Part shown: positions 48,573 to 58,716 of the stretch, piece by piece
How the letters are laid out: each line of letters starts with the position of its first letter
Numbering within the stretch: position 1 is the stretch's first letter
Virus record (IMG/VR): IMGVR_UViG_3300028886_000003
Span: 32,001 to 96,000 of that record
Direction: 5' to 3' (one strand)
Source of the DNA: a virus
Lineage: Duplodnaviria; Caudoviricetes
DNA: 64,000 bases
The notes under the pieces: model-generated
Seen by the model: the letters and a program-made list of their open reading frames with translations, nothing else
Told to the model about the DNA's origin: nothing
Databases searched by the model: none
Program-made: the position numbers and the translations under genes

Positions 48573-50102
48573 CTATAATTTAATACATGAATATCTTTCA
48601 TTATTAAGTGTTTCAATTAATACATCGTATGGATTATAATTATTACTCATAACCATTTTTAAAACATTTTGACTAAATCCTGACAATAATGTTACACCTA
48701 ATTCATTTTCAGTTAATGGAATTGTTTTTGTTCTTGATGCAACATTCCAAAATATAAGTTTAGGTAATTGATACAGTGCGTCTTCATATTTTGCTTGAAT
48801 TTCCTTAAATAATGGTTTTGATAATTTTTTTGTTTCATCTTTCCTAAAGAACGAATGACAACTTTGTGCTGAATCAAATTCCATATCAGAAATAATAAGC
48901 ACTTGTTTTACCATATCCTTTCGTTGGACATTATTTTTAATTGCCACACCTAATATCAAATCAAATACTGCTTCAATATTAGTATTAGCCACTTCATCAT
49001 GTTCTAATGCTGTGTTAATTTTCTCTCTTAAAGTTTTTGAGTTACTTAAATCAACAAATTGTGGTTCATTAGAAAATGTAATATATTGATCTTTATATAC
49101 TCCTTCATTATGTTCTGATGTATATATTGCTAAACTGTTAGCAACATCAAGAGCGGTAATATTTCCACTAACTGGTGTAGTCATACTACAAGATCCATCA
49201 GCAACTACTAAGGTATTAGATATATTAATATCTGATAAATTAGACCAAGCTACTTCTAATGTTTCATCATAGTTTTCCTCAGGTATAGAATAGAAACGAT
49301 TAGATGTATAACGTGATACAACATCAGCAGGTGTTGCAACTTTCATATTTATTTTAGCATTACCTTGCTGAACAGCATCTAAATACCTACCTCTTCTTAA
49401 AGGATCATGTGCCATAAAAGCATTCCTATACCTTAAATTAGCTAAAGATGGCACTTTATTATAATCAATACTTTCCCACTCGTTATTACACATTTTTACT
49501 TCAACTACATTTAAATATGCACGAAGTTCTGATAATAATAAACGATATTGGCGCGGAGACATGCCTAATGACTTAATAATATATTTAGCCATCATTTTAG
49601 TTTTTTTGCTACTTGCATTCTCACTTGGTAACCATTTCGCAAGTAATGAAATAGGTTTGTTATTCTTCATTAATTCTTTATCCATTTTTAATCTTCTATC
49701 GATCATATGGATAATTAAATTATCATGTTCCAAATCATAGCCTAAAAGTGATATTAAATCATCCCATCGACCATATTCAGGAATAAGATGTAAGAATTTA
49801 ACGAAATAGTTTGGATCAATTTGAGCAAGCCTTCTGTAGCATACTCTAAATAATCTTCTTTCACCAAGTCCCCCACGAACATCTCTAGCAAAAAATAACC
49901 ATTTTAATGCATATTCCTTATTTTCTAAAAAGGCTTCGTCAAATAAAGTTCTAATTAATTCATCATCTGCTTGACGTAAACTACTAACTTGATAATTTAA
50001 ATCAAGTAATGCTGAGCCTGTGCTTTTATATCCAATAGCACCATTTTCTGTTATTGAATGATTTTTAATTTCTCTTAACTCATTTCTAATTAAATTAAAC
50101 AT
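48573..50102 (-). CDS. DUF2828 family TROVE/Ro60-like protein with C-terminal vWA domain
   Basis: TENGA, RDVRGGLGER, YGRWDDL, AKWLPSE, VADGSCSM MIDAS, ISDMEFD, FWNV, SGFS. Confidence 0.85.
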   Translation of the reverse strand: MFNLIRNELREIKNHSITENGAIGYKSTGSALLDLNYQVSSLRQADDELIRTLFDEAFLENKEYALKWLFFARDVRGGLGERRLFRVCYRRLAQIDPNYFVKFLHLIPEYGRWDDLISLLGYDLEHDNLIIHMIDRRLKMDKELMKNNKPISLLAKWLPSENASSKKTKMMAKYIIKSLGMSPRQYRLLLSELRAYLNVVEVKMCNNEWESIDYNKVPSLANLRYRNAFMAHDPLRRGRYLDAVQQGNAKINMKVATPADVVSRYTSNRFYSIPEENYDETLEVAWSNLSDINISNTLVVADGSCSMTTPVSGNITALDVANSLAIYTSEHNEGVYKDQYITFSNEPQFVDLSNSKTLREKINTALEHDEVANTNIEAVFDLILGVAIKNNVQRKDMVKQVLIISDMEFDSAQSCHSFFRKDETKKLSKPLFKEIQAKYEDALYQLPKLIFWNVASRTKTIPLTENELGVTLLSGFSQNVLKMVMSNNYNPYDVLIETLNNERYSCIKL

Positions 50103-50132
50103 TATTTAACACCACCTAATATTATATTTATA

Positions 50133-50334
50133 CAAAGTACTTTATATGAGTTTTCAGTTCACATATTATATTGCTGTTAGTACTTTTTATTTTTGCAAGA
50201 TGCACATATACCAAGTCAAATCCAGGTCTTTATATTTTGCTGTATGCATCTTCTTTGAATTCATATAACCAAGATACTTTTTATGTAAAAACTCGCTGTG
50301 TTTTAACTTCTTAATTTTTTGCTGTAAGTATCTT
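50133..50334 (-). ncRNA. Array of three hairpin RNAs with conserved ACAGCAA motif upstream of the DUF2828 gene
   Basis: Units 50271-50334, 50197-50252 and 50134-50186: AAGATACTT-ACAGCAA..AAGTATCTT; AAGATGCAT-ACAGCAA..GTGCATCTT; AAAGTACTA-ACAGCAA..AGTACTTT. Confidence 0.75.
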
Positions 50335-50358
50335 TAATATATTATTTATATAATCATA

Positions 50359-50374
50359 GTATATAAAGGTTTTG
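50359..50374 (-). promoter_or_regulatory. BRE-TATA promoter for the hairpin array/DUF2828 transcript
   Basis: CAAAACCTTTATATAC about 25 nt upstream of the first hairpin. Confidence 0.65.
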
Positions 50375-50383
50375 TATACAAAG

Positions 50384-50469
50384 CGACAGGTGAGTGATTC
50401 GAACACTCGTGCTCCTTATGAGCTCCGCATTAGCAGTGCGGTAGAATTGACCAACTATCTGAACCTGTC
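50384..50469 (-). tRNA. tRNA-Ser (GCT)
   Basis: GACAGGT/ACCTGTC; CCGCA-CTGCTAA-TGCGG; long variable arm. Confidence 0.88.
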
Positions 50470-50626
50470 AATATATATAGAATAAGAGTGCAAAAGTGAG
50501 ATTATATGTACTTATTTGTCATTTCGAATTTTATTTAATTTAATTTATAATAGTCTTTTGATATGCAAACTTATTCTAAATATTTTTTTAGTCAATCCTA
50601 AACCATAATTATGGAAGAGGATTAAT

Positions 50627-50697
50627 TGGACTCAAAGGGAATCGAACCCCTATATCAAGCTCCGAAGACTTGTATGCTTCCATTACATCATAAGTCC
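50627..50697 (-). tRNA. tRNA-Arg (TCG)
   Basis: GGACTTA/TGAGTCC; CAAGT-CTTCGGA-GCTTG. Confidence 0.88.
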
Positions 50698-50702
50698 ATA
50701 AG

Positions 50703-50776
50703 TGGGTGTTGCCTGATTTGAACAGACATCTGCGGTTCTGGAGACCGCCATACTAACCAAGTTATACTAAACACCC
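50703..50776 (-). tRNA. tRNA-Trp (CCA)
   Basis: GGGTGTT/AACACCC; GCGGT-CTCCAGA-ACCGC. Confidence 0.88.
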
Positions 50777-50781
50777 ATTGA

Positions 50782-50890
50782 CGCCACAGGTGGGATTTGC
50801 ACCCACATCAAACTCTCTGCACTTTAAATATACGAGGCGCTCTCTTTTTGCAACTTTGCCTAGGACGCTGTATAATTGAGCTACTGCGGC
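50782..50890 (-). ncRNA. Aberrant tRNA-like RNA (35-nt D-loop, irregular anticodon arm)
   Basis: Acceptor GCCGCAG/CTGTGGC, D stem GCTC/GAGC, T arm GTGGG-TGCAAAT-CCCAC. Confidence 0.65.
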
Positions 50891-50897
50891 GATTGAA

Positions 50898-50979
50898 TGA
50901 TAGAGACCGGATTTGAACCGGTGAACCACTAAGGAACGAGTCCTAAACACGTCGTCTTTGACCGCTTGACTACTCTATC
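50898..50979 (-). tRNA. tRNA-Leu (TAG)
   Basis: GATAGAG/CTCTATC; ACGTG-TTTAGGA-CTCGT; long variable arm. Confidence 0.85.
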
Positions 50980-51006
50980 GAAAATTGTTATATTTTATTA
51001 ACAAAA

Positions 51007-51117
51007 AGCCTAAGGAGGGACTCGAACCCCCAACCTATTGATTTCTTGTATTAAGATTATCTACTAAATCATTAATATTACAAGTCAATCGCTCTACCCA
51101 TTTGGAGCTACTCAGGC
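51007..51117 (-). tRNA. tRNA-Thr (TGT) with 36-nt BHB intron (51043-51078)
   Basis: ATTGA-CTTG-TAA-TATTAA...TTAATA-CAAG-AAA-TCAAT canonical bulge-helix-bulge at 37/38. Confidence 0.92.
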
Positions 51118-51135
51118 TAGTAGATGAAGAAAAGC

Positions 51136-51534
51136 CTAAGCTCCTTCTTCATCATTTTCAGAAATAGTATTTGGTATTTCTGAGTCTTGTGCAATGTCAT
51201 CTTCTGATTCAATATCTTCAAACACTGCATCTGAATTATTTTTAATCCTTGTCCCTTTTGTGATGATAGCATCAACAACTTGAGGAGAAGAATATGCTGT
51301 TATACCAGCAATAAACCATGTTGGAACTGAAGATGCAGCTAACATTCCTGGATTAGACTCTATTAAAATTAAAGCCGCTACTACACCAATAATTATTGAT
51401 GAGAGAGATCCTAAGTTAAAAGAAACATCTTTTCCAATCTTATACCATGTTGGTAGCACAAATTTACCTTTCATCAGGTAAACTCTTACTATTACGCCGA
51501 TAATAATAGCAAGATATACGTAAATATCATACAT
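51136..51534 (-). CDS. Membrane protein (3 TM, acidic tail), possible holin
   Basis: Three hydrophobic segments. Confidence 0.45.
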   Translation of the reverse strand: MYDIYVYLAIIIGVIVRVYLMKGKFVLPTWYKIGKDVSFNLGSLSSIIIGVVAALILIESNPGMLAASSVPTWFIAGITAYSSPQVVDAIITKGTRIKNNSDAVFEDIESEDDIAQDSEIPNTISENDEEGA

Positions 51535-51587
51535 TTTTTTACCTCCAATAATATTTTATATCAAAGATATATATATATTTTGTGGTT

Positions 51588-51878
51588 TTATAAATTAGTA
51601 AAATCAATTGGAATTTGTAATGTATGTTTTCCACATTTTAAAAATAATATAATTTTTTCATCTTGAACAACTGAATGGCTATATTCAATCTCTGAATCAA
51701 CATTAAGATGTGTATGTAAAATTTGTTGGCTAAAATTAGGTAATACGATATTAGATAATTCCTCACCATCAAATTCCAACTCAATACCATTATCAAGCTT
51801 AATACATTGTGGCTGATTACATTCAGACAATCGAATATGTAATTCATCTTGATCTTGTATATACTTAACTACTGTCAT
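51588..51878 (-). CDS. Hypothetical protein
   Basis: ORF in operon. Confidence 0.45.
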   Translation of the reverse strand: MTVVKYIQDQDELHIRLSECNQPQCIKLDNGIELEFDGEELSNIVLPNFSQQILHTHLNVDSEIEYSHSVVQDEKIILFLKCGKHTLQIPIDFTNL

Positions 51879-52224
51879 TATGCACCTGAATAATATGTGT
51901 TACTACTGATTTATCATCATTTTGTGTTACAAATTGATAATGATGCCCAACTTCTATATTATTAAAAATATCTCTACCAAAACTGTCTGGAGGCAAATCA
52001 TATGACTCATTTTTATCATTTATAACAATATATCTCTGATGACCATTATTGTCAACATATTTGTCAGCTACTGTAAATTCAGTATAATTAATACTTTGGT
52101 CATGAAAAGTATTACTCATATACATAATACCTAATGTTCCAATACCAAATACTAATAACATTACAATTAAAATTATTAGTATATACTTACATTTTGATTG
52201 TTTTATTCTGTTAATTATTTTCAT
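51865..52224 (-). CDS. Membrane-anchored small beta-barrel protein
   Basis: N-terminal TM; V.DKY...F..IEVG..Y. Confidence 0.5.
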   Translation of the reverse strand: MKIINRIKQSKCKYILIILIVMLLVFGIGTLGIMYMSNTFHDQSINYTEFTVADKYVDNNGHQRYIVINDKNESYDLPPDSFGRDIFNNIEVGHHYQFVTQNDDKSVVTHIIQVHNDSS

Positions 52225-52852
52225 TTTGCTGCTCCCTTGCTTTTTGACATGGAATACATTTTTCTCTAAAAGTATAATCTACATCAATTGCCATATCTTC
52301 TGTTGCTCTTTCAGATATGCCTTCAAATAATTCTTTTAAAATCATATCTACCTGTGCTTGTTCATCCTTCATATGTGTATCAAATTGTATTTCATACATT
52401 ATATCAACTTTTTCCACAGGATAATATTTATAAGTTACACGATTTATTGTATCATTATTTTTTGCTCTAAAGTCAAATATATATCTTGTTAAGTCTTCGT
52501 ATTTAGCTACGAGATTTTCATGATCTTTTCTGCCTTCAACTAAAATATCAAATAAATCTATTGTATGATATGTCCAATATGTTTGTGATCCATCCCAATA
52601 TTTGAATCTAAATTTTTCATCTCTTAAATCAATAGTTAATGATGCTACATTTTGTTGTTCTACCATATTTTCTGCACGCATATTAGTATGGTATAACATT
52701 GATAAATTAGTTACAAAATTTTTATTATTTAAGAAATTAAGTATTTCAGTGATTTTTTCTATTTTTTTCTCACATTCTATATATGTAAGTATTCTTAATT
52801 CAATATATGATGCTGGAGCTCCTAATTCATCAACAAAATACTTCTCAGTCAT
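52211..52852 (-). CDS. Hypothetical protein with C-terminal CxxC
   Basis: ORF track; CIPC. Confidence 0.5.
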   Translation of the reverse strand: MTEKYFVDELGAPASYIELRILTYIECEKKIEKITEILNFLNNKNFVTNLSMLYHTNMRAENMVEQQNVASLTIDLRDEKFRFKYWDGSQTYWTYHTIDLFDILVEGRKDHENLVAKYEDLTRYIFDFRAKNNDTINRVTYKYYPVEKVDIMYEIQFDTHMKDEQAQVDMILKELFEGISERATEDMAIDVDYTFREKCIPCQKAREQQNENN

Positions 52853-52982
52853 TTTCTATCTCACTACCCATTACCATTTCTTTTCCATAGATTGAAGTAA
52901 TTGAATATTGTTGGAATGCTCTAACATATGGTGCTGCAAAATCTTTTTTTAATATTTTACAATTTTTATCTGTATACATTTT

Positions 52983-54105
52983 TTAATCCTCCGAATGTAT
53001 TGAAAATGTTTTAATATTACTATATAATATTTCACAAACTGTATCGTTTGTGTTAATTTGCATATAATCTCTTATTAACTTTATTTTTACTGAATCGGAG
53101 ATATAAATATATAAATCATTTAACAAGATAAAAGAAGCATCATAAGATAAAAAAATATATTCTGAATCACATTGGTAATTATTTTGATATATTTGATTCA
53201 AAGTATCATCTAATTGAAATTTATTTTCTATATGTTGCATTTTCTTTACCTCATTTTCATATTTGTAACAACAATATAAAAAGGTTAAGATTTTTCAACT
53301 ATTATTGATATAGTCCAACATTTGTTTCAGTACCTTTTTGTACTTCTAATAAATCAGCACCATTATATATTCCTATTGCAATAATTTCATCTTTTCTTAT
53401 TGTCATACTTTGTGAAACATTGCCTAAAAATACTAAAAATGATGCCCAATCATCATCTTCGTACATGTAACAGCACATATCATATCTTAAAGTTTTTGTT
53501 TCAATAGTTAAGAGAAGTTCTTCTATTTCTTCTACATGTTCTCCATCTACATAATCCTTGTCTACTAAATATTGATCCATAGCAAGTATTTGCTTTTTAA
53601 TATTCATTTAAACACATCTATTTGTTTGATATTGTTATAATTATACCAAACTTTACTGATAGGGCCTGATTGAATAATGAAGCCATTTTCTTCATATTCA
53701 ATCTCCGATGGTTTAATACCACCTTTGCCAATAATTATTTTTGTGCCATCATTAAGATATATATTTATAATTTTACTTTCAAGCACTTTTGACATTAGTT
53801 CTTTTTTAAAAGACATATTATATCTCCTTATATTCGTATAAAACATAAAATTTATCAGTTAAGTTTTTAGTATAATCTTCTATGAAATTAACATTTTTTA
53901 TACCTTCTTCCAAAACAGATGGATGTCGATCTATATAGATTTCATTATCAAAAATATAATAATTATATTCTTTTTTTAATGATTGTAGAAACTTAAATTC
54001 TGAGTCAGTAAGATCAAATTTTTCTAATGCCTTAACTATGGTATGTCTTTCAGAAGATTCTGTGTATACTACATCATGAGATATAATTCTTGTCAATTGA
54101 TACAT
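52983..54105 (-). CDS. Four small hypothetical genes (52983-53240, 53302-53607, 53604-53846, 53818-54105)
   Basis: Consecutive ORFs with RBSs; some have Sm/SH3-like beta patterns. Confidence 0.45.
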
Positions 54106-54703
54106 TTAAGTCCTCCATATGTTCTTCTGCTAATTTTTTATATACATCTGATAAATGTAAATAATGTTGTACTCTTTCTTCAGTACTCATAACTTTAGAA
54201 TTTTTAGAAGAAAAAAATGCACGTTCATTTGTATTACATAGTAATTTTATAACTTCTACACATGATTTGAGATCGGTATCATTATCTACAACAAAATCCA
54301 CATCTGATTTTGAAGGTATACTAATGTTTCTATTCTTTCTTTTTTCATCTATATAAACATTTTTTCGTTTTATTAAAACAGATAATACTTCTGCCTTTGG
54401 TAATGCAGATAAAACACAGTTAATTCCTGAAACATCAGTAATGTATACGTTAATTTTATCTTCAACAAATTGTTTTTTTAAACTTAAATAATAATACCCA
54501 TCTATTTTAGTGAAGCCTGCAACATTGCTTAAATCCACTTTATTAAAATATTCTTTGTCGACAAAAATATGATCATTATCATTATCTCTTTTAGGACGAT
54601 TAGTTAATGATTTAATAATATTATATTTATCATTTTGTGCGAGTTTCATAGCTATACTACTTTTGCCAACACCTGGTGAACCACAAAGAAAGAGAATTTT
54701 CAT
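54074..54703 (-). CDS. gmk: Guanylate kinase-like nucleotide kinase
   Basis: GSPGVGKS, S.TNRPKR, H.FV, YY. Confidence 0.75.
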   Translation of the reverse strand: MKILFLCGSPGVGKSSIAMKLAQNDKYNIIKSLTNRPKRDNDNDHIFVDKEYFNKVDLSNVAGFTKIDGYYYLSLKKQFVEDKINVYITDVSGINCVLSALPKAEVLSVLIKRKNVYIDEKRKNRNISIPSKSDVDFVVDNDTDLKSCVEVIKLLCNTNERAFFSSKNSKVMSTEERVQHYLHLSDVYKKLAEEHMEDLNVSIDKNYIS

Positions 54704-55933
54704 TAAACCCCCTCCTCTTCGTCTTTGAATATTTTTACAAATAAATTTGCATATGAAAAATCTGATTGTACTCTAATTGCATCTAAGTCTTGATTATATG
54801 AATCTCTAAGATTATAAATGTGATTAAAAGCATTTGAATTTTTTTTACTAACAAAAGCAACTACTTCTTGATCATTCATATCACATAAATAATATCCATT
54901 ATTATCATCGAAAACTTGGAATCTTGCATCGCACCATTTAATCCATTCTTTAATAACGTCAGTAACATCTAATCTTGCTAACTTACTTGCATTACGAATA
55001 GCAAAAGCATCTATTATTTTTGAGTCCATTTTATCACCTTTTTTTAATTGGTATTTTCCATACCGCACTAAACCAATATCTATCGTCAATTTCTTTTGCA
55101 TCTATGCCTAAGGTATCTGCTATAATGCTTGTAGACATTGATGTATTACCAATAGGTTTTATAACAATATTTGTATTTGTTAAATAACAATATGCATTTT
55201 TTATCTTTTGCATATGTGATAAAACCATATTAGAGGCATCAATATAGTCTTGAATAGTTTCTGCTTCACTTAAGAAATTAATTTTATCCCATAAAGATAT
55301 ATCCGGCATTTTCCATTCTACAAAATCATCTAATTCTCCTTTTTCCCTCATATTTTCCATCTCCGCTACAAATTCTGGGTCCAATAAAAGTTTACTTTCT
55401 AATGTATCTAACATGTCCCAGCAAAAATTAAATATAGTAGTAGTATCATTTGATACAGGTTTAGAACTGCATCTAAAAGAACTTAATCTATCTTCAAGTT
55501 TAAAAAGTTCATCTGATGTAATAGTTGCCATATTAGGGCTTGAATACATATGGCCATCTACATTAATCCAAAATTTTGCATTATCTTCGTCATCATAGTT
55601 ATCTAAATATTCTTTGATATGTTTAATCTTCATTTAATCACCATTCATTACTAAGTCTATAGCTGCTTCCAGCATTAATTTTGTTGACATATATTCTTGC
55701 TCTGAAATTGAAGGCAAGTTTATAGATTTTTCTCTAATATATGAGTTGTAATAATCAAATCCACTTGAAATTGATTCGTATATATCATCGGCAGAAATAT
55801 ATCCTTCGGTTTCATTTGTAATGTAATCACAAATCTTTTTTACAAATGCTGCTGATATTGAATCTCCTTCTTGATATGATGATATTATATCATACATTAT
55901 ATCCCACATTACATCTTCAGAAATAAGGTTCAT
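54703..55933 (-). CDS. Three hypothetical genes (54703-~55030, 55034-55633, 55634-55933)
   Basis: Tightly packed ORFs. Confidence 0.45.
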
Positions 55934-56221
55934 CTATACAACCCCCATATATTGTAGTGCTTCACGTCCAAGTTCTGTTATACTGTAAATTCTATTTCTA
56001 GCGACATTATTATGCTTTATAAAGCCATGATCTACTAATCCTTTGATTAATCTATGCATATAAAAATATCTTGCGTCAGATATTTCTTCATTATATATCA
56101 CTGATACTCTAGAAATTATTTCAGTTGCTGGTCCTTTTTCTTGAAGGACAGATAATAGAATAGCCTGCCTGATATCACTACCCATTATATAACTTAAATC
56201 ATCATCATTCAATTGTATCAC
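55934..56221 (-). CDS. Winged-helix transcription regulator
   Basis: S.IR..IL, L..HGFI, YSITELG. Confidence 0.75.
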   Translation of the reverse strand: MIQLNDDDLSYIMGSDIRQAILLSVLQEKGPATEIISRVSVIYNEEISDARYFYMHRLIKGLVDHGFIKHNNVARNRIYSITELGREALQYMGVV

Positions 56222-57181
56222 ATCCTTTTCATATCTTTTAAAACATCATCCGGTATATATGTTAAACAAAATTCCTCCCATGAGAAAACAATATCCGGCA
56301 CAAAAAAATTCTCAGAAAATTTCGCACATTGTATTATATGTAGTAATGCAGTTCGAGCTGTTGAACAATCGACTACTTTTGATACTAATTCTTCTGTTAA
56401 TTCTACAAATTCATCTACATCTTGTTGTGTTGTCATTTTTTATACCCCCATTCTGTTATACCATGCACCTGACTCAGTTCCTGGTGCAAATAGTAATATA
56501 ATTAATACAAATAACATAAAACCTACTATTGTTCCAACTACAAATAATTGATATTGATTTTCATATACCCATGATTTTAGGTTCATATTGTTCCCTCCGC
56601 AATATATGTTTTATTTTCATTAATGAGAAAATTAATAAAAGTTGCAAAGATTACTTTATTGTTTCTTCTTAATGAAAGATATACGAAACTTAGTTCTTCA
56701 TCGGTCATTTGCCTCCATCTATTAGCTAATTGATGTTGGTATTGATAACGAGTCATAAAAATGCACCTCCTATTGCACAATGTTTATTGACAAAATAAAA
56801 ATATAATGTTTTTGCTATATGTACTGGTACTTCAAATACTACATTTAAATAAACATAATATGTTTGATTTTTCCATTTACTATAATAATATTTAAAAACG
56901 TCCAATAAATCGTAATATTCTTTTGCATAATCAAAAGCATAGTAAAACAACATTTCTTCTACGTTATAGCATTCTTCTTTTATGGTTAGTCTTAGTTTAT
57001 TCATGTATATGTAAAGACCGACATTATATTTTTGTTTAGTTTTAAGCATTTCATTGTATTTTTTTACAAATCTTTTAATGTGCTTTTGTAATCGATTTAA
57101 TGATATGTAGAATCCTTGATCAGGAAATATCTTTGATATATCGTTCTCAGTTATTCTTTTTTCACAAATCATTTGTATCAC
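56218..57181 (-). CDS. Small hypothetical genes (56218-56436, 56583-~56756, 56753-57181)
   Basis: ORF track. Confidence 0.4.
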
Positions 57182-57226
57182 CTCTCTAAATATACTTTTA
57201 TTTAACCCTATATATAAATGTTTTGG

Positions 57227-57370
57227 TTATATATGAATTAGGACCACCCATTGATATCCGCATGTTTTACATTTTACTTTAATTTTTTTTGTGTGCAATC
57301 CTGCATCATAATAATAATCAATTAAATATGTGTCATTTGATGTACATACTGGACATTTTTTAATAGCCAC
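57227..57370 (-). CDS. 47-aa zinc-ribbon protein (TFIIS/TFS-C-like), not in ORF track
   Basis: MAIKKCPVCTSNDTYLIDYYYDAGLHTKKIKVKCKTCGYQWVVLIHI*; GGTGA RBS before GTG. Confidence 0.6.
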   Translation of the reverse strand: MAIKKCPVCTSNDTYLIDYYYDAGLHTKKIKVKCKTCGYQWVVLIHI

Positions 57371-57713
57371 GATCACCCACCTGCCATAATTCTTCACTAT
57401 TGATGAAACTATATAGTGTATTATCTGAATGATATGGTGAATAACGAGGGCTAGTTTTCATATAAACAGGTAATATTCCAGACCCAAAACTTTCTGTCAC
57501 ATCAAGTAAAACTAACTTACCTAATAAATTTTCTGTCTTTTCTACACCATATTCTTTTTTGATACTGCGTGTTTTTGTATCGCTAAATAAAAGATGGTTA
57601 TACCAACCATCCATATCTAATATACAAATATCATAAAAATAAAGTCCATTTGTTTTATTTTTTGATATGTATGTTATTTTTCCTGCTGTCCATTTTTTTT
57701 CCATTACGATCAT
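57360..57713 (-). CDS. Hypothetical OB-like protein
   Basis: ORF track. Confidence 0.45.
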   Translation of the reverse strand: MIVMEKKWTAGKITYISKNKTNGLYFYDICILDMDGWYNHLLFSDTKTRSIKKEYGVEKTENLLGKLVLLDVTESFGSGILPVYMKTSPRYSPYHSDNTLYSFINSEELWQVGDRGY

Positions 57714-57792
57714 CTCATTATTATTGCTAAAAAGAGGATAAATAAAGCGAAAATTATCCCCATATATCCTAATAAGATTTGAAGTGAATACA

Positions 57793-58716
57793 TTATTTGG
57801 GTAACCATTTAAAATCTCCTGCTCTTTCTTTTACTTGATCTAGTGTTGGCATATTTGTTTGACAACCTTCTTTTTGTACAATAAAAGAGGCAACCGCTGA
57901 TCCAAATATTGCACATTCTTCTATTGGCGCTCCATTAATAAGAGCATATAAAAATCCTGCTTGGTAAGAATCTCCAGCACCTGTTGGATCAACAGCATCA
58001 ACTTCAAAAGGTCTAGTATTCCAATGACTTTCTTCATCTTTGGAAAATATAGTTGAACCTTTTTTTCCTAATGTTTTTACTACGTATTCTACACCAAGCT
58101 CAAATGGGTGTTGTTTTAATTTTTCATTCATAGTGTAAAATTCATTTTCATTACAAAATAATATATCTACACCTTGTAAAACATCTGATAATTGTTCAGA
58201 ACTATATGAATGTAATGCTTGCCCAGGATTAAAAGATACTATAATGTTATCATCCATACCTGTGTATTCTGTGCATTTTTTAGCATATGTTGGAGGTACT
58301 GTTGTAATATGTACCACTTCTGATTTATCAATGCATTCTTTTGGAACAGGTGCTTTATTAAAATATTCAGATGCTCCTTCTGATATGTAACTTTTTTGAA
58401 CTCCTTCTGAATCTGTAAATACAAAACATTCACTTGTTAAATCGGAAACAATTTTTAAATTTGCTAGACAATTATCATCATATTTCATATAATTGAAATA
58501 AACTGTATCTACAAAATCATAGCCAACAGGACTATATAATCCTGTTTCTGCTCCTAACCTTGATGCAACAAGAGCTACATTTGCCCCTGTTCCACCATGA
58601 TATCTATTATATTTTTGTATTTTTTGCGGAGAACCTTCATCTGCAAATTTTTCAACATTAATAATGTGATCAAAGTTTGTATGCCCAATTGAAAATATTT
58701 CATACATTATTATCAC
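57793..58716 (-). CDS. PfkB/ribokinase-family kinase (archaeal nucleoside kinase-like)
   Basis: GGTGANVA, NENE, KTLGKKG, VDPTGAGDSY.AG. Confidence 0.92.
   Translation of the reverse strand: MIIMYEIFSIGHTNFDHIINVEKFADEGSPQKIQKYNRYHGGTGANVALVASRLGAETGLYSPVGYDFVDTVYFNYMKYDDNCLANLKIVSDLTSECFVFTDSEGVQKSYISEGASEYFNKAPVPKECIDKSEVVHITTVPPTYAKKCTEYTGMDDNIIVSFNPGQALHSYSSEQLSDVLQGVDILFCNENEFYTMNEKLKQHPFELGVEYVVKTLGKKGSTIFSKDEESHWNTRPFEVDAVDPTGAGDSYQAGFLYALINGAPIEECAIFGSAVASFIVQKEGCQTNMPTLDQVKERAGDFKWLPK

Noticed and set aside
50782-50890. Genome-wide TAA recoding via an ochre suppressor
   Set aside because: TAA is the dominant stop here and conserved genes are uninterrupted
50762-50950. 62-aa ORF
   Set aside because: Lies entirely over tRNA genes
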